Positions 45,834 to 54,729 of a DNA stretch of 64,000 nucleotides are shown here, one piece after another (the first letter of the stretch is position 1; every line of letters starts with the position of its first letter). The position numbers and the translations under genes were made by a program. Below the pieces are notes generated by a model. That model made no database searches and was not told the origin of the DNA. It saw only the letters and a program-made list of their open reading frames with translations. Source of the DNA: a virus (Duplodnaviria; Heunggongvirae; Uroviricota; Caudoviricetes); IMG/VR virus record IMGVR_UViG_3300037466_000352; one strand, given 5' to 3'.

Positions 45834-46178
45834 ATGAATACTACCGAAAGTCGCGATGAAGCTATCGCTAGATCGGCGGTCGGTGCTGGTGAAGTATGGA
45901 TGAATGATGCGTTCGAAATGATGCACCGTTACGCGAGCGAACATCATGAATTCATGACCGAAGATGTGAGGAAGTTCTCCCTCGAATCAGGTCTTCCCGC
46001 ACCAAAAGATAATCGCGCATGGGGTGCAGTTACCATGCGCGCTATCAAGGCCGGTCTTATTCAGAAGAACGGGTTTGGTGTAACGAAGGTTTCGAGTAAT
46101 GCCAGACACATGTTGCAGTGGAAAAGTCTGATTTGTGGTGCGCCGCCGCGCATCAATATCGAAGACCTTTTCAGTTGA
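45834..46178 (+). CDS. Hypothetical protein
   Basis: The track ORF 45693 overlaps the upstream gene, so it is trimmed to ATG 45834 (MNTTESR...). Confidence 0.5.
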   Translation: MNTTESRDEAIARSAVGAGEVWMNDAFEMMHRYASEHHEFMTEDVRKFSLESGLPAPKDNRAWGAVTMRAIKAGLIQKNGFGVTKVSSNARHMLQWKSLICGAPPRINIEDLFS

Positions 46179-46255
46179 CAAAGATGGGAGTCCGTGATAG
46201 GATTCCCATTGTCGTTTATGGGTTAAATAGTTGATCCACATTAACGCATACAAAC

Positions 46256-47134
46256 ATGAAAACATTCCACGAACTTCGGCGCTATCTGAACGATCTGCCG
46301 CTGATTAGCGAAGAGCTTCACCAATCGATCCAGAACGTCCTGAACGCGGATCACATCGAGCCACAGTACAAGCTTCATCATATCACGACTGCGATCCGTG
46401 GCGCGATCAAGCGTGGCGAGGACACTGGCCTCGAAGACGCGAAACCCAAGAAGGGTTCGTCTCGCGCCGTGTTCTTTCCAAAGGAACCGACGAAGCTGAA
46501 GATCGATGGTCATGACACGCAGATGCACACGGCCCTGAAGGTAGCGTTCCCCGGTCAACTGGACAAGTATCGGCACAGTGACGAACCGCTTCTCGGCGAG
46601 GAACAGAACCGCGTGGAAGGCGATCACTGGACCAACAGCCAATACGGCGTCCTGCGCCAAGGTGATCGACACGACGAGTACCATACGAACGAACACGGGT
46701 TCCTTGCGCCGATGCTGCATGCCCACGACGAGGGACACTATGTTCACTTCGGGAAGATCGAACCTGTCAAGGCTGGCGATTTCAAGGCGCACACAAAGGC
46801 ACCTGGATTCGAGAAGGGAATTTCGCACGACGAGATGTTCGATTACCTGAACCATCACTACAGCGAAGCGCACGGCCAGAAGCACTACGGCAAGACAAGC
46901 CCGGAACGTATCGAGCAACTTGAACAGCACCCGATGCTGGAACGTATGCACGATTGGATGCTGAACACGGGCGCGCACCCGGCTGACCTGAACAAGCGCA
47001 ACATGGGTGTCTGGACTCACCCGGTGACTCAGAAGAAGCACATCGTGGTCAGCGACTACGGATTCACTGGCGACGTTGCAAAGATGTACGGCGAGCGCCG
47101 GAAGCGTTCGTTCCAAGCAAACCGAGGTTACTAA
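46256..47134 (+). CDS. His-rich hypothetical protein (paralogue-like to 53133..54410)
   Basis: 292 aa, about 10% His with many HxxH / H-G-H patterns. TTAAATAG motif about 30 nt upstream. Confidence 0.55.
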   Translation: MKTFHELRRYLNDLPLISEELHQSIQNVLNADHIEPQYKLHHITTAIRGAIKRGEDTGLEDAKPKKGSSRAVFFPKEPTKLKIDGHDTQMHTALKVAFPGQLDKYRHSDEPLLGEEQNRVEGDHWTNSQYGVLRQGDRHDEYHTNEHGFLAPMLHAHDEGHYVHFGKIEPVKAGDFKAHTKAPGFEKGISHDEMFDYLNHHYSEAHGQKHYGKTSPERIEQLEQHPMLERMHDWMLNTGAHPADLNKRNMGVWTHPVTQKKHIVVSDYGFTGDVAKMYGERRKRSFQANRGY

Positions 47135-47180
47135 TGGAAGGTTGGGACCTGTAAAAATTTTAGTTGGTGGTAAGTGGGTT

Positions 47181-47210
47181 AGGCCGGTCAAAAAGATCGG
47201 CCTTTTTTTA
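47181..47210 (+). terminator. Rho-independent terminator
   Basis: GGCCGGTC-AAAAA-GATCGGCC followed by a T7 run. Confidence 0.8.
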
Positions 47211-47218
47211 TTTTGCGC

Positions 47219-47271
47219 TTGACAAACATTCCCAGACATGTATAATCCATTCCGTCAACAACGCATCTGGG
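47219..47271 (+). promoter_or_regulatory. Conserved promoter TTGACA-N16-TATAAT with an inverted repeat (CCCAGACATG / CATCTGGG) flanking the -10 and covering the SD
   Basis: TTGACAAACATTCCCAGACATGTATAAT. The 3' arm overlaps the SD GGGAG of the 47282 gene. Confidence 0.6.
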
Positions 47272-47281
47272 AGAGATTCAC

Positions 47282-47497
47282 ATGACGACCAACCTTCTTG
47301 ACACGGCCATCGAAGCAGTACGCGAAGTTCTTGATTGTGACCGCCGTGGCGCACTGGAACACTTGTCGAACCAAATTGACCGCAAGGGCGCATACACCGT
47401 CGCCAAGCTACATGAAGTTCTCGTCAACAACTCGGCAGAGGAATTCATGATCGAGTTCATGACGGCCTACAACAACGAAGTCGGTCACAAGTACTGA
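47282..47497 (+). CDS. Hypothetical protein
   Basis: 71 aa ORF. Confidence 0.55.
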   Translation: MTTNLLDTAIEAVREVLDCDRRGALEHLSNQIDRKGAYTVAKLHEVLVNNSAEEFMIEFMTAYNNEVGHKY

Positions 47498-47589
47498 AAT
47501 GCACGCGATCTTCGAAGGATTCTGCATCGGCGTCGGGTCGGTGCTGTTTCTTCTTGTGCTGCTGATTATGTTGTTTGGGAGGTAACAAA

Positions 47590-47856
47590 ATGAAAACCGT
47601 CTACATCGTTCCCGCATTCTCCGACCAAGCCGGTCAGTGCCGCATCGTTGCCACGGTGACTGGACAGAGGCTTCAAAACGTCTCGCGCGACTATAACCAT
47701 TACCCGGACAAGTGGCGCGAAGTCGGCATCATGAACTCTCAAGGCAAGCTGGTCTGCTATGACGGAAAGTCAGAAGAGTTTGTAGAAATCAAGGCGTGCG
47801 AACCACTCGCCGCTGGTCTGGTCTTCGAGTTCGAAGGCATTCATCATTGGGCTTGA
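47590..47856 (+). CDS. Hypothetical protein
   Basis: Trimmed to ATG 47590 with RBS gggagg. Confidence 0.5.
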   Translation: MKTVYIVPAFSDQAGQCRIVATVTGQRLQNVSRDYNHYPDKWREVGIMNSQGKLVCYDGKSEEFVEIKACEPLAAGLVFEFEGIHHWA

Positions 47857-47881
47857 CAAGTATTCCCAGGGTTGGTAAGAT
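47853..47881 (+). promoter_or_regulatory. Conserved promoter TTGACA-N17-TAAGAT with an ATTCCCA box, followed by the conserved leader CATCGACAACAACTTTGGGGAGTG
   Basis: GCTTGACAAGTATTCCCAGGGTTGGTAAGAT. The leader is nearly identical to the one at 63872-63896. Confidence 0.65.
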
Positions 47882-47916
47882 TCACACATCGACAACAACT
47901 TTGGGGAGTGCAAGAC

Positions 47917-48117
47917 ATGGCAAACTACATCGTCCATCTTCAAAATGAATTGAAGGACGCGAACGCCAAGCTGGCCGCGATGCAGGAAGAGATTCAGAAC
48001 TTCCGCCGTCACCTTCAGTCGTCCAAGTTCCAGAACGTCGAAGGCCAAGACCGCAACGATTGGATCGCGGTGGCTGACGTGCAACGCTGGTTGGATAACA
48101 TCGTCAACGCGGAGTGA
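47917..48117 (+). CDS. Hypothetical coiled-coil protein
   Basis: Trimmed to ATG 47917 (MANYIVHL...). Confidence 0.5.
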   Translation: MANYIVHLQNELKDANAKLAAMQEEIQNFRRHLQSSKFQNVEGQDRNDWIAVADVQRWLDNIVNAE

Positions 48118-48122
48118 TAGAC

Positions 48123-48281
48123 ATGAGAAACGATAAGTTCCCCTTGTGGCAAGTGCAGGAGATGGGTGATGACGAAGATTACCCGGTGTTCACCGGCACG
48201 GAAGCAGAGTGCGAAGACTACTGCAAGCGTCGTGGTCTAAAGTTCACCCGATGGATCAGCCATCACATTCTGATGGTGTAA
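48123..48281 (+). CDS. Hypothetical small protein (52 aa), not in the track
   Basis: ATG 48123. Acidic. Ends just before the next promoter. Confidence 0.35.
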   Translation: MRNDKFPLWQVQEMGDDEDYPVFTGTEAECEDYCKRRGLKFTRWISHHILMV

Positions 48282-48298
48282 AAAAAGATGTGGGATGC

Positions 48299-48327
48299 TT
48301 GACAAGTATTCCCACACTTGGTAATAT
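48299..48327 (+). promoter_or_regulatory. Conserved promoter TTGACA-N17-TAATAT with an ATTCCCA box
   Basis: GCTTGACAAGTATTCCCACACTTGGTAATAT. Confidence 0.65.
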
Positions 48328-48360
48328 CCTTCCATCGACAGCAAAACCGGAGTGCAGAAC

Positions 48361-48678
48361 ATGACCAAGACCGCAAACAAGATCGTTGAGCAAAACTTCC
48401 CGAAACAAGCACTGGCCGACAAGGCATGGGACCGTTCAGTGCTGAACGACTGTGACTGCGATCCGCAGACGCGAGCAAAATCGGCACTGAAGATCGTGGA
48501 AGAAGAGTTCCGTCTTCGTTACTGCTTCGCCAAGGAAAACGGCGATCAAGTCCACATGGAACGCGCCCAGAAGAAGCTGTTGGAAATCCGTGCGGCGCTC
48601 GCTATCATCGAATACGGCCTGAACGATGGCGATTATCCTGTTGGTAAGGCAACGCCTTCGAAGATCGTCATCGAATGA
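48361..48678 (+). CDS. Hypothetical protein
   Basis: Trimmed to ATG 48361 (MTKTANK...) with RBS ccggagtg. Confidence 0.55.
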   Translation: MTKTANKIVEQNFPKQALADKAWDRSVLNDCDCDPQTRAKSALKIVEEEFRLRYCFAKENGDQVHMERAQKKLLEIRAALAIIEYGLNDGDYPVGKATPSKIVIE

Positions 48679-48679
48679 C

Positions 48680-48708
48680 TTGACAAACATTCCCAACTCT
48701 GGGATAAT
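48680..48708 (+). promoter_or_regulatory. Conserved promoter TTGACA-N17-GATAAT with an ATTCCCA box
   Basis: CTTGACAAACATTCCCAACTCTGGGATAAT. Confidence 0.65.
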
Positions 48709-48739
48709 AGTCACACGTTCAACGCACCGGGAGTCCACT

Positions 48740-49258
48740 ATGAGCCAACGTTTCCACCTGATCGACTCGAACAAGGCATACGACCAACTGCTGGCCGAAA
48801 TCGGACGCCGTAAGGCCCGTCTCATGGTTCTGAAGTTGGTCCTCGAATCCCTGAAGGGAATGGAAGGCAAACCTCTCACGTGGCACGTTGCGAAGGCTCT
48901 GTCGAAGAAGCATCCGCACCAGAAGTTCGAATTCGACAAAACGTATTCGTGGTACAGCCTCACCATCACTGGCGAAGGTATGTCTGGTCTGTCTCTGAAC
49001 CTCGGCTACAAGGGTTCGGTGCAAGGTGTGACGTACCAGACCATCGTGGACAACAATCAAGCGTATCTTCTCGACGAGGAACGCATCCCGCGCATGCAAA
49101 GCGAATTGAAGAACATCGAAGAACGCGTGAATCGCTACAACGCGGCCCTGATCGAATTGAAACGGGCACGCGAAGAACTCGGCGAAGGAAGCTACGCATT
49201 CACCGAAGACACGTCGATCAGCCTCGAAGATGCGAACGGACGGTGGTACAGCGAATGA
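48740..49258 (+). CDS. Hypothetical coiled-coil protein
   Basis: Trimmed to ATG 48740 (MSQRFHL...) with RBS CACCGGGAGT. Confidence 0.55.
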   Translation: MSQRFHLIDSNKAYDQLLAEIGRRKARLMVLKLVLESLKGMEGKPLTWHVAKALSKKHPHQKFEFDKTYSWYSLTITGEGMSGLSLNLGYKGSVQGVTYQTIVDNNQAYLLDEERIPRMQSELKNIEERVNRYNAALIELKRAREELGEGSYAFTEDTSISLEDANGRWYSE

Positions 49259-49476
49259 ACCCGACAACAATCCAGTACGTACGCTTTCGAAACGGCGAGT
49301 GGCAATACCTGTTTGAGTCGAATTTCAAACAGGGTGTCACTCTTGTTCCGGTAGTTGGGACCGTCGTCGCCATCCCCTCGATGACTAATGACTTCGTAGT
49401 GACGCGCGTGCGTTTCGACATCTTACACGGTAACGTGGAAATCGAAGTCAGCGAACTCTATGGGACGGCAGCATGA
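49255..49476 (+). CDS. Hypothetical protein
   Basis: Trimmed to ATG 49255 (ATGA overlap), 73 aa. Confidence 0.45.
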   Translation: MNPTTIQYVRFRNGEWQYLFESNFKQGVTLVPVVGTVVAIPSMTNDFVVTRVRFDILHGNVEIEVSELYGTAA

Positions 49477-49667
49477 GAATTTCCAAGATAATTTACGTCG
49501 GCGATCCCGGCGTTATCCGAGAAACCTACTACGATCATCGCTGGGATGTGATTCCGCGAGTTGGGGAATTCGTGAAGTTTCCCCACAAAGGGATGATGCT
49601 GGTTGAAGCCGTGTCGTACAACGTTTCGACGGAGACAGTCACGGTCAATCTTTCTCTCAACATATGA
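49473..49667 (+). CDS. Hypothetical protein
   Basis: 64 aa. ATGA overlap. Confidence 0.45.
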   Translation: MRISKIIYVGDPGVIRETYYDHRWDVIPRVGEFVKFPHKGMMLVEAVSYNVSTETVTVNLSLNI

Positions 49668-49906
49668 AGAAACTGGTATTTCTGCTGCTCTTCGTGTCGC
49701 TCGCCGCATGTCAACGAGAGACGCAACAAGAGCACTTGGCCCGTCAACAAGACGTTAAAAACAAACTAAAAGCACAAGAGAAGTGGATGCACGCGTGCGA
49801 CAACAATGGAGGTGTCGCTGACATCGCCTACAGTCGTTACGACAGCACGCTTGTCTGTGCCAACCATCTCGAAGCGTCACTCTCGACATTTCTGAATAAC
49901 CAATAA
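49664..49906 (+). CDS. Small lipoprotein
   Basis: Signal peptide plus lipobox LAAC-Q. 80 aa. Confidence 0.5.
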   Translation: MKKLVFLLLFVSLAACQRETQQEHLARQQDVKNKLKAQEKWMHACDNNGGVADIAYSRYDSTLVCANHLEASLSTFLNNQ

Positions 49907-49913
49907 CATTCTG

Positions 49914-51290
49914 ATGTCCATCCTTGCAATTCTGAATCGGGTCGCACAAACGACCAAGAAAACAGAGAAAGAAGCGATCCTCAAGGAAAACGCAGGCAAC
50001 GAAACCCTGCAACGCGTCTTCTATCTCGCATACCAACCGACCATCAACTTCTTCATCAAGAAGATTCCGCCCGTCATGCCGAAGTCTGGCGCTGGGTCGA
50101 TCTTTGATGAAGAGGAATTCACGCTCGACCACGCCCTTCAAAATCTCGTCGAAGTCATCTCGAAGCGCAAGCTGACCGGCCATGCGGCGCAGCAGTACGT
50201 CGGCAACCTTCTCGGACAATTGTCGGCAGACGACGCCGAAGTCCTGCAACGCGTCATCGGTCGCGATCTTCGCGTCGATTGTGGCGCAAGCACGGCAAAC
50301 AAGGTCTGGAAGGGGCTGATTCTCGATGTCCCATACATGCGGTGCAGTCTACCCAAGGAAGTCAACCTGAAGGCGTTTCCGTGGGCGCAAGGGCTATTCT
50401 CGCAACTGAAGTCGGACGGTTCGTTCACGAACGTCAACTACTTCGCCGATGGCGGTGTCGAATTCATGACCCGCAACGGCAACGTCTACCCGAATGACGA
50501 GTTCGGTGAAGTGATCGAAGCCGTTCAGCGAGTCCCGGCACAAGCACACCAGTTCCACGGCGAATTACTGGTCCTCGGCCCGGATGGAAACATTCTGGAA
50601 CGTGCTGAAGGCAACGGCATCCTGAACAAGTTGGCGAAGGGCGGCAAGCTTCCTGAAGGCCATAAGATCAAGTTCGTGGCATGGGACATGATTCCTCTCG
50701 ATCAAGCCGTTCCGAAGGGCAAATACGAAGTTCCCTACCGGGTCCGTCTCGCGACCCTCGAAAACCTCGGCCTGACTGGCGCAATCGAAGTAGTTGAAAC
50801 CCGTGTCGTTCATTCGATCCGCGAAGCCTACGAGCACTACCAAGAGATGTTGGCGCTTGGCCTCGAAGGCACGATCCTGAAGCACCCTGACGCGATCTGG
50901 GAAGATACGACCTCGAAGAAACAGGTCAAATTCAAGCTGGACGTTGACCTCGATCTGGAATGTGTCGGCTTCACTGAAGGCAATGGTCGTCGTGCAGAGA
51001 CGTTCGGTGCAATGAAGTTGCGTTCCTCTGATGGCTTGCTGACGGTGAACTGTTCGGGCTTCAAGAAAGACGACCTCGCACGCATCAACGAGAACCGCGA
51101 GGACTACATCGGACGCATCATGACGATCCGTTCGAACGCAATGACTAAGGTCCGCAAGGACGGTACGCGTAGCTTGTTCTTGCCGCGATTCATCGAAGAA
51201 CGCAACGACAAGATGGACGCTGACTCACTCGAAAAAGTCATGCTTCAGTTCGAAAGCGCCGTGACCGATCTGGAAGCACTGTTGGCATGA
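49914..51290 (+). CDS. ATP-dependent DNA ligase
   Basis: 458 aa. Adenylation motif LKSDGS (KxDG). OB-domain region follows. Confidence 0.8.
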   Translation: MSILAILNRVAQTTKKTEKEAILKENAGNETLQRVFYLAYQPTINFFIKKIPPVMPKSGAGSIFDEEEFTLDHALQNLVEVISKRKLTGHAAQQYVGNLLGQLSADDAEVLQRVIGRDLRVDCGASTANKVWKGLILDVPYMRCSLPKEVNLKAFPWAQGLFSQLKSDGSFTNVNYFADGGVEFMTRNGNVYPNDEFGEVIEAVQRVPAQAHQFHGELLVLGPDGNILERAEGNGILNKLAKGGKLPEGHKIKFVAWDMIPLDQAVPKGKYEVPYRVRLATLENLGLTGAIEVVETRVVHSIREAYEHYQEMLALGLEGTILKHPDAIWEDTTSKKQVKFKLDVDLDLECVGFTEGNGRRAETFGAMKLRSSDGLLTVNCSGFKKDDLARINENREDYIGRIMTIRSNAMTKVRKDGTRSLFLPRFIEERNDKMDADSLEKVMLQFESAVTDLEALLA

Positions 51291-51412
51291 TGAACTGGCC
51301 TCTCGTCATCGGTGTAGGAACCATCGTCTTCGGGTTTCTCTTCATCTGCCGGATTGATAACTGGCAGCTTCGATCCCTTGAACGGAATGGCGGCGTAATC
51401 GACCGCTGGTAA
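51287..51412 (+). CDS. Small membrane peptide (41 aa), not in the track
   Basis: ATGA overlap with the ligase stop. One TM. Confidence 0.3.
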   Translation: MMNWPLVIGVGTIVFGFLFICRIDNWQLRSLERNGGVIDRW

Positions 51413-51420
51413 CTATGACA

Positions 51421-51457
51421 GGAAGTGCTAAATAATTTTGTGATGTTTAGCACTTCC
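51421..51457 (+). promoter_or_regulatory. 12-bp perfect-stem hairpin (GGAAGTGCTAAA...TTTAGCACTTCC) containing a GCTAAATAAT late-type motif
   Basis: No T-run follows. The motif lies about 40 nt upstream of the FmdB ATG. Confidence 0.45.
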
Positions 51458-51470
51458 ACCATTCAACCCA

Positions 51471-51731
51471 ATGCCTCTCTACGATTACCAGTGCAAAGAA
51501 TGTGGTCACACATTCGAACGCACACTCCGAATTGCAGACATGAAGCTTCCAGAAAGCGAAACATGTCCTTCCTGTAACAAATCAGACACCGTTCAAAAAA
51601 CTCTTGCCGGTGCGCCGCCGATTGGCGATCCGGTTCGTTTGGGCGTCCGCAAACTTCCAGGTGATTTCAAAGAAGTCCTACAAAAAATACATGAAAGGAA
51701 CTACAGAAGTAACCTAAACCAGAAGTGGTAA
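51471..51731 (+). CDS. FmdB-family zinc-ribbon protein
   Basis: N-terminal MPLYDYQCKECGHTFE...CPSC. Confidence 0.7.
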   Translation: MPLYDYQCKECGHTFERTLRIADMKLPESETCPSCNKSDTVQKTLAGAPPIGDPVRLGVRKLPGDFKEVLQKIHERNYRSNLNQKW

Positions 51732-51773
51732 AGGTTTCGATCATCCAATCTCCCTAAGAAGGAGCAAAGTAGC

Positions 51774-52553
51774 ATGGCAAAGAAGAACAGGACGCAACAA
51801 CGTCCTTCCGCCGTGAATGCAGCACAAGCACAACAAAGTGTTCAACGTCAGTACACCGATAACCCGTCGAACCGCTTGAGGCTGAGAATTGATGATCTGC
51901 ATACCTTCGATCCGTTGACCCAAAATCAACGTGTGTTCTTCGAAGAGTACCATGATGAACAGAACATGGCCTTCGTGCTGCATGGTGTAGCCGGGTCAGG
52001 AAAATCGTTCATCGCCTTGTACAAGGCACTCGAAACCGTTATGGACCCAAGCCAACCGTTTGACGGTGTGGTGATTGTCCGTAGCGCCGTTGCTGGCCGT
52101 GACATCGGTCACTTACCCGGAACGGAAGATGAAAAACTGGCTGTGTACGAGCAACCGTACATCGGAATCTGTACCGACCTATTCGGTCGTCGCGATGCTT
52201 ACCAACGACTGAAGGAACAAGGTGTCATCGACTTTATGTCGTCGTCCTTCATCCGGGGCACTACGCTCGACAACAAGATCGTAATCGTTGACGAGATGCA
52301 GAACTACAGTTGGGAAGAACTCTACACAATCGCCACACGTGTTGGTCATCGCACTCGCATCATCTTTGCTGGCGACTTGCGTCAAACCGATCTTCGTAAG
52401 CGCGGTGATCCTTCTGGATTGGTGAAGTTCCTCGACATCATGGGCACACTGAACAATATCGCAATGGTCGAATTTGGTGTTTCCGACATCGTTCGATCTG
52501 CCTTCGTGAAGGCCGTCATCGTTGCAACAATGGCGTACGACGACGCGCATTAA
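51774..52553 (+). CDS. phoH: PhoH-like ATPase
   Basis: Walker A HGVAGSGKSF. The rest is PhoH-like. Confidence 0.8.
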   Translation: MAKKNRTQQRPSAVNAAQAQQSVQRQYTDNPSNRLRLRIDDLHTFDPLTQNQRVFFEEYHDEQNMAFVLHGVAGSGKSFIALYKALETVMDPSQPFDGVVIVRSAVAGRDIGHLPGTEDEKLAVYEQPYIGICTDLFGRRDAYQRLKEQGVIDFMSSSFIRGTTLDNKIVIVDEMQNYSWEELYTIATRVGHRTRIIFAGDLRQTDLRKRGDPSGLVKFLDIMGTLNNIAMVEFGVSDIVRSAFVKAVIVATMAYDDAH

Positions 52554-52560
52554 AACCTCA

Positions 52561-52607
52561 AGGGTTCCTTGCAGCTAAATATTCATTATTGGCTATGAGG
52601 AACCCAA
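52561..52607 (+). promoter_or_regulatory. SD-sequestering hairpin (AGGGTTCCT / AGGAACCC) with AGCTAAATATT late-type promoter in its loop, upstream of the endolysin
   Basis: The 3' arm includes the endolysin SD GAGGA. The loop carries CTAAATAT (52575-52582). The arrangement matches T4 gene e early/late translational control. Confidence 0.6.
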
Positions 52608-53120
52608 ATGTCCTACTCCCTTTCACAAGCTGGCGCACAACTGATCGGTCAGTTCGAAGGTCTTCGGTTGACCGCGTACTATGACTCGGTAGGCGTCCTC
52701 ACCATTGGCTACGGCACGACGAATGCGGTTCTTCCGCAGTCGATGAAGTTCGGCCCCGGCACGACAATCACACAAGCCCAAGCAGTAGAGTACCTTATGT
52801 ACGGCGTGAACAATGTGTTCGCACCGAAGGTAAATGCTTTGGTCAAAGTGCCTCTCACGCAAAACGAATTCGATTCGCTGGTGTCCTTCGCGTATAACGT
52901 TGGTTCTGGCAATCTCGCATCCTCAACTTTGCTTCGTCTGTTGAACGCGGGCCAGTACGGCGCTGCGCAGAAGCAATTCCTTGTCTGGAACAAGGCCGGT
53001 GGTGTCGCGATGCGTGGATTGACGAACCGTCGCCTCGGAGAAGCCGCGAACTTCGGTCCCCTAACACGTCAGCAACTAATCGACCAGTGCTTGAACGGCG
53101 TCGATCCCGCAAACCCATAA
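52608..53120 (+). CDS. Endolysin, GH24 (T4 lysozyme-like) muramidase
   Basis: 170 aa. EGLRLTAYYDSVGVLTIGYGTT (catalytic E, D, T region). Confidence 0.85.
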   Translation: MSYSLSQAGAQLIGQFEGLRLTAYYDSVGVLTIGYGTTNAVLPQSMKFGPGTTITQAQAVEYLMYGVNNVFAPKVNALVKVPLTQNEFDSLVSFAYNVGSGNLASSTLLRLLNAGQYGAAQKQFLVWNKAGGVAMRGLTNRRLGEAANFGPLTRQQLIDQCLNGVDPANP

Positions 53121-53132
53121 CGAGAACAACAC

Positions 53133-54410
53133 ATGTCAAAGAATTTTTGGCAGATGCGTTCGCAGCTTGACGCCCTGAAGCTGGTCACTGAGGCATTGAC
53201 CTCGGTCGATAAGGGCGATCATCTCGAAATCACGCCGTCACACATGAAGAAGCCGATGTACAAGGGCACGGCTATCGAGCATCGCAACAACCCGGAACAC
53301 TACGGCGCAGATGGTCATGCTGCACTCGATGCACATGTACGCGAAGTCGTGAAGAATCCCGAAAAGAACCAAGCGTTCAAATCGGCAGACAGCTACACGA
53401 AGGAAAACCTCGGCCACGGATACGAGTTCCATGACGACAAGCCGAAGTCATCGCTGCGCAAACAGTATGTGATCGGCAAGACATACGACCTCGCTACGCA
53501 GAATCACCCTGCATACAAGAAGGCCGTCTTTGAGGGCTATGCGAAGCATCGTCCTGACATCGTGAAGCAGACCAAGGCAACGGATTACGACTCATTGGTA
53601 CAGGGTTCGTACAAGCACGTCGCCAAGGAAACCAACAAACAGTTCGAACATCTGCCGGTCAAGACGCAGTTCCACGACGGCCACATGGGCTATCACAACA
53701 GCGGCGAGATGATGCGTGACATTCATGGTCACAATAACCTCACGGTCTATCGTGGTGGAGAAGAGCACGAATTCCTGCATCACAAGGACAAGACCGGTCT
53801 GAATGAGAACGAGAAGTTCCGTGCAGTCCACGACTACTATGGTCACGCGATCCACGGCAACCAGTTCGGCCCGAAGGGCGAAGAAGTGGCGTGGCATTCG
53901 CACCGCAAGATGTTCTCGCATGGTGCAGCAGTTGCAATGACATCCGAGACACGCGGCCAAAACAGCTACGTGAACTACACGCACGCGAACCTCGGCACCC
54001 AGAAAGAGATGGAAACGCATCGTGCAGCCAAGCGTGCATCGCTGAATGCGGGCGATCATGAAGGTGCAGCGAAGGCCGATGAACACCTTCGTGAAGCTGG
54101 TGGCAAGTGGAACTATGCGAAGCAAGCTTCGGTCGCACTGCCACACGAAATGCTGCATCCTCACTTCGACGGTCACGCACCATCGAGCATTGCACACATG
54201 CTGCACGATCCGGCTGCGAAAGAGAATCCGACATATGATGCACACAAGGATCATCTCGGCCTCGTAGACCTCGCACGTCACCACAACACGTCCTCACACA
54301 CGCACATGGGCGGTGGTGTTCTTGACCGCGAGAATGCACATGCGGACCTGAAGCACATTGCCGGTGTCCACGGATACACGAAACTCTCTCACAACCCCTT
54401 CAAGGGATAA
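53133..54410 (+). CDS. His-rich hypothetical protein (425 aa)
   Basis: About 11% His. Repetitive HxxH/HGH segments similar in style to 46256..47134. Confidence 0.55.
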   Translation: MSKNFWQMRSQLDALKLVTEALTSVDKGDHLEITPSHMKKPMYKGTAIEHRNNPEHYGADGHAALDAHVREVVKNPEKNQAFKSADSYTKENLGHGYEFHDDKPKSSLRKQYVIGKTYDLATQNHPAYKKAVFEGYAKHRPDIVKQTKATDYDSLVQGSYKHVAKETNKQFEHLPVKTQFHDGHMGYHNSGEMMRDIHGHNNLTVYRGGEEHEFLHHKDKTGLNENEKFRAVHDYYGHAIHGNQFGPKGEEVAWHSHRKMFSHGAAVAMTSETRGQNSYVNYTHANLGTQKEMETHRAAKRASLNAGDHEGAAKADEHLREAGGKWNYAKQASVALPHEMLHPHFDGHAPSSIAHMLHDPAAKENPTYDAHKDHLGLVDLARHHNTSSHTHMGGGVLDRENAHADLKHIAGVHGYTKLSHNPFKG

Positions 54411-54448
54411 TTGACAAAGCTGGTCGTCTGTGTTACGTTCGGACGACC
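54411..54448 (+). promoter_or_regulatory. Possible promoter TTGACA-N17-TACGTT with inverted repeat GGTCGTC/GACGACC around the -10
   Basis: TTGACAAAGCTGGTCGTCTGTGTTACGTTCGGACGACC. Confidence 0.35.
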
Positions 54449-54473
54449 TAAACCCTTGCAAGGACTCACGAAC

Positions 54474-54650
54474 ATGACAAACAGTACCAACGTTACCCCG
54501 AAGGCGAAGAAGATTCTCGACGACATCCTCGAAGAACTGAAGGATTCGGATGAACCAACAGAATCGCATCTTCCGCAAGAAATTTTCGACCTCGATAAAG
54601 CAACACTGTTGGCAATTGTCTACAGGTTGGTTGCGCGAGTTCGCGATTGA
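54474..54650 (+). CDS. Hypothetical small acidic protein (58 aa)
   Basis: Trimmed to ATG 54474 (MTNSTNV...) with RBS aagga. Confidence 0.4.
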   Translation: MTNSTNVTPKAKKILDDILEELKDSDEPTESHLPQEIFDLDKATLLAIVYRLVARVRD

Positions 54651-54677
54651 TGGTATGATCGCGTTTGTCGATCCGAG

Positions 54678-54706
54678 AAAGGGGGCTTCGGCCCCCTTTT
54701 CTTTTC
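54678..54706 (+). terminator. Rho-independent terminator
   Basis: AAGGGGGC-TTCG-GCCCCCTT followed by TTCTTTT. Confidence 0.85.
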
Positions 54707-54729
54707 CAAGTCTGTAAAATCAAAGAGGA

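Noticed and set aside
46241-47239. 332-aa minus-strand ORF fully antisense to the His-rich gene 46256..47134
   Set aside because: The + strand gene has upstream promoter and leader context and fits the operon direction. The antisense ORF lacks an RBS and overlaps the Rho-independent terminator at 47181.
53592-54339. Minus-strand ORFs (230 aa and 199 aa) antisense to the His-rich gene 53133..54410
   Set aside because: The + strand CAC/CAT His codons generate open antisense frames. There are no start-site signals.
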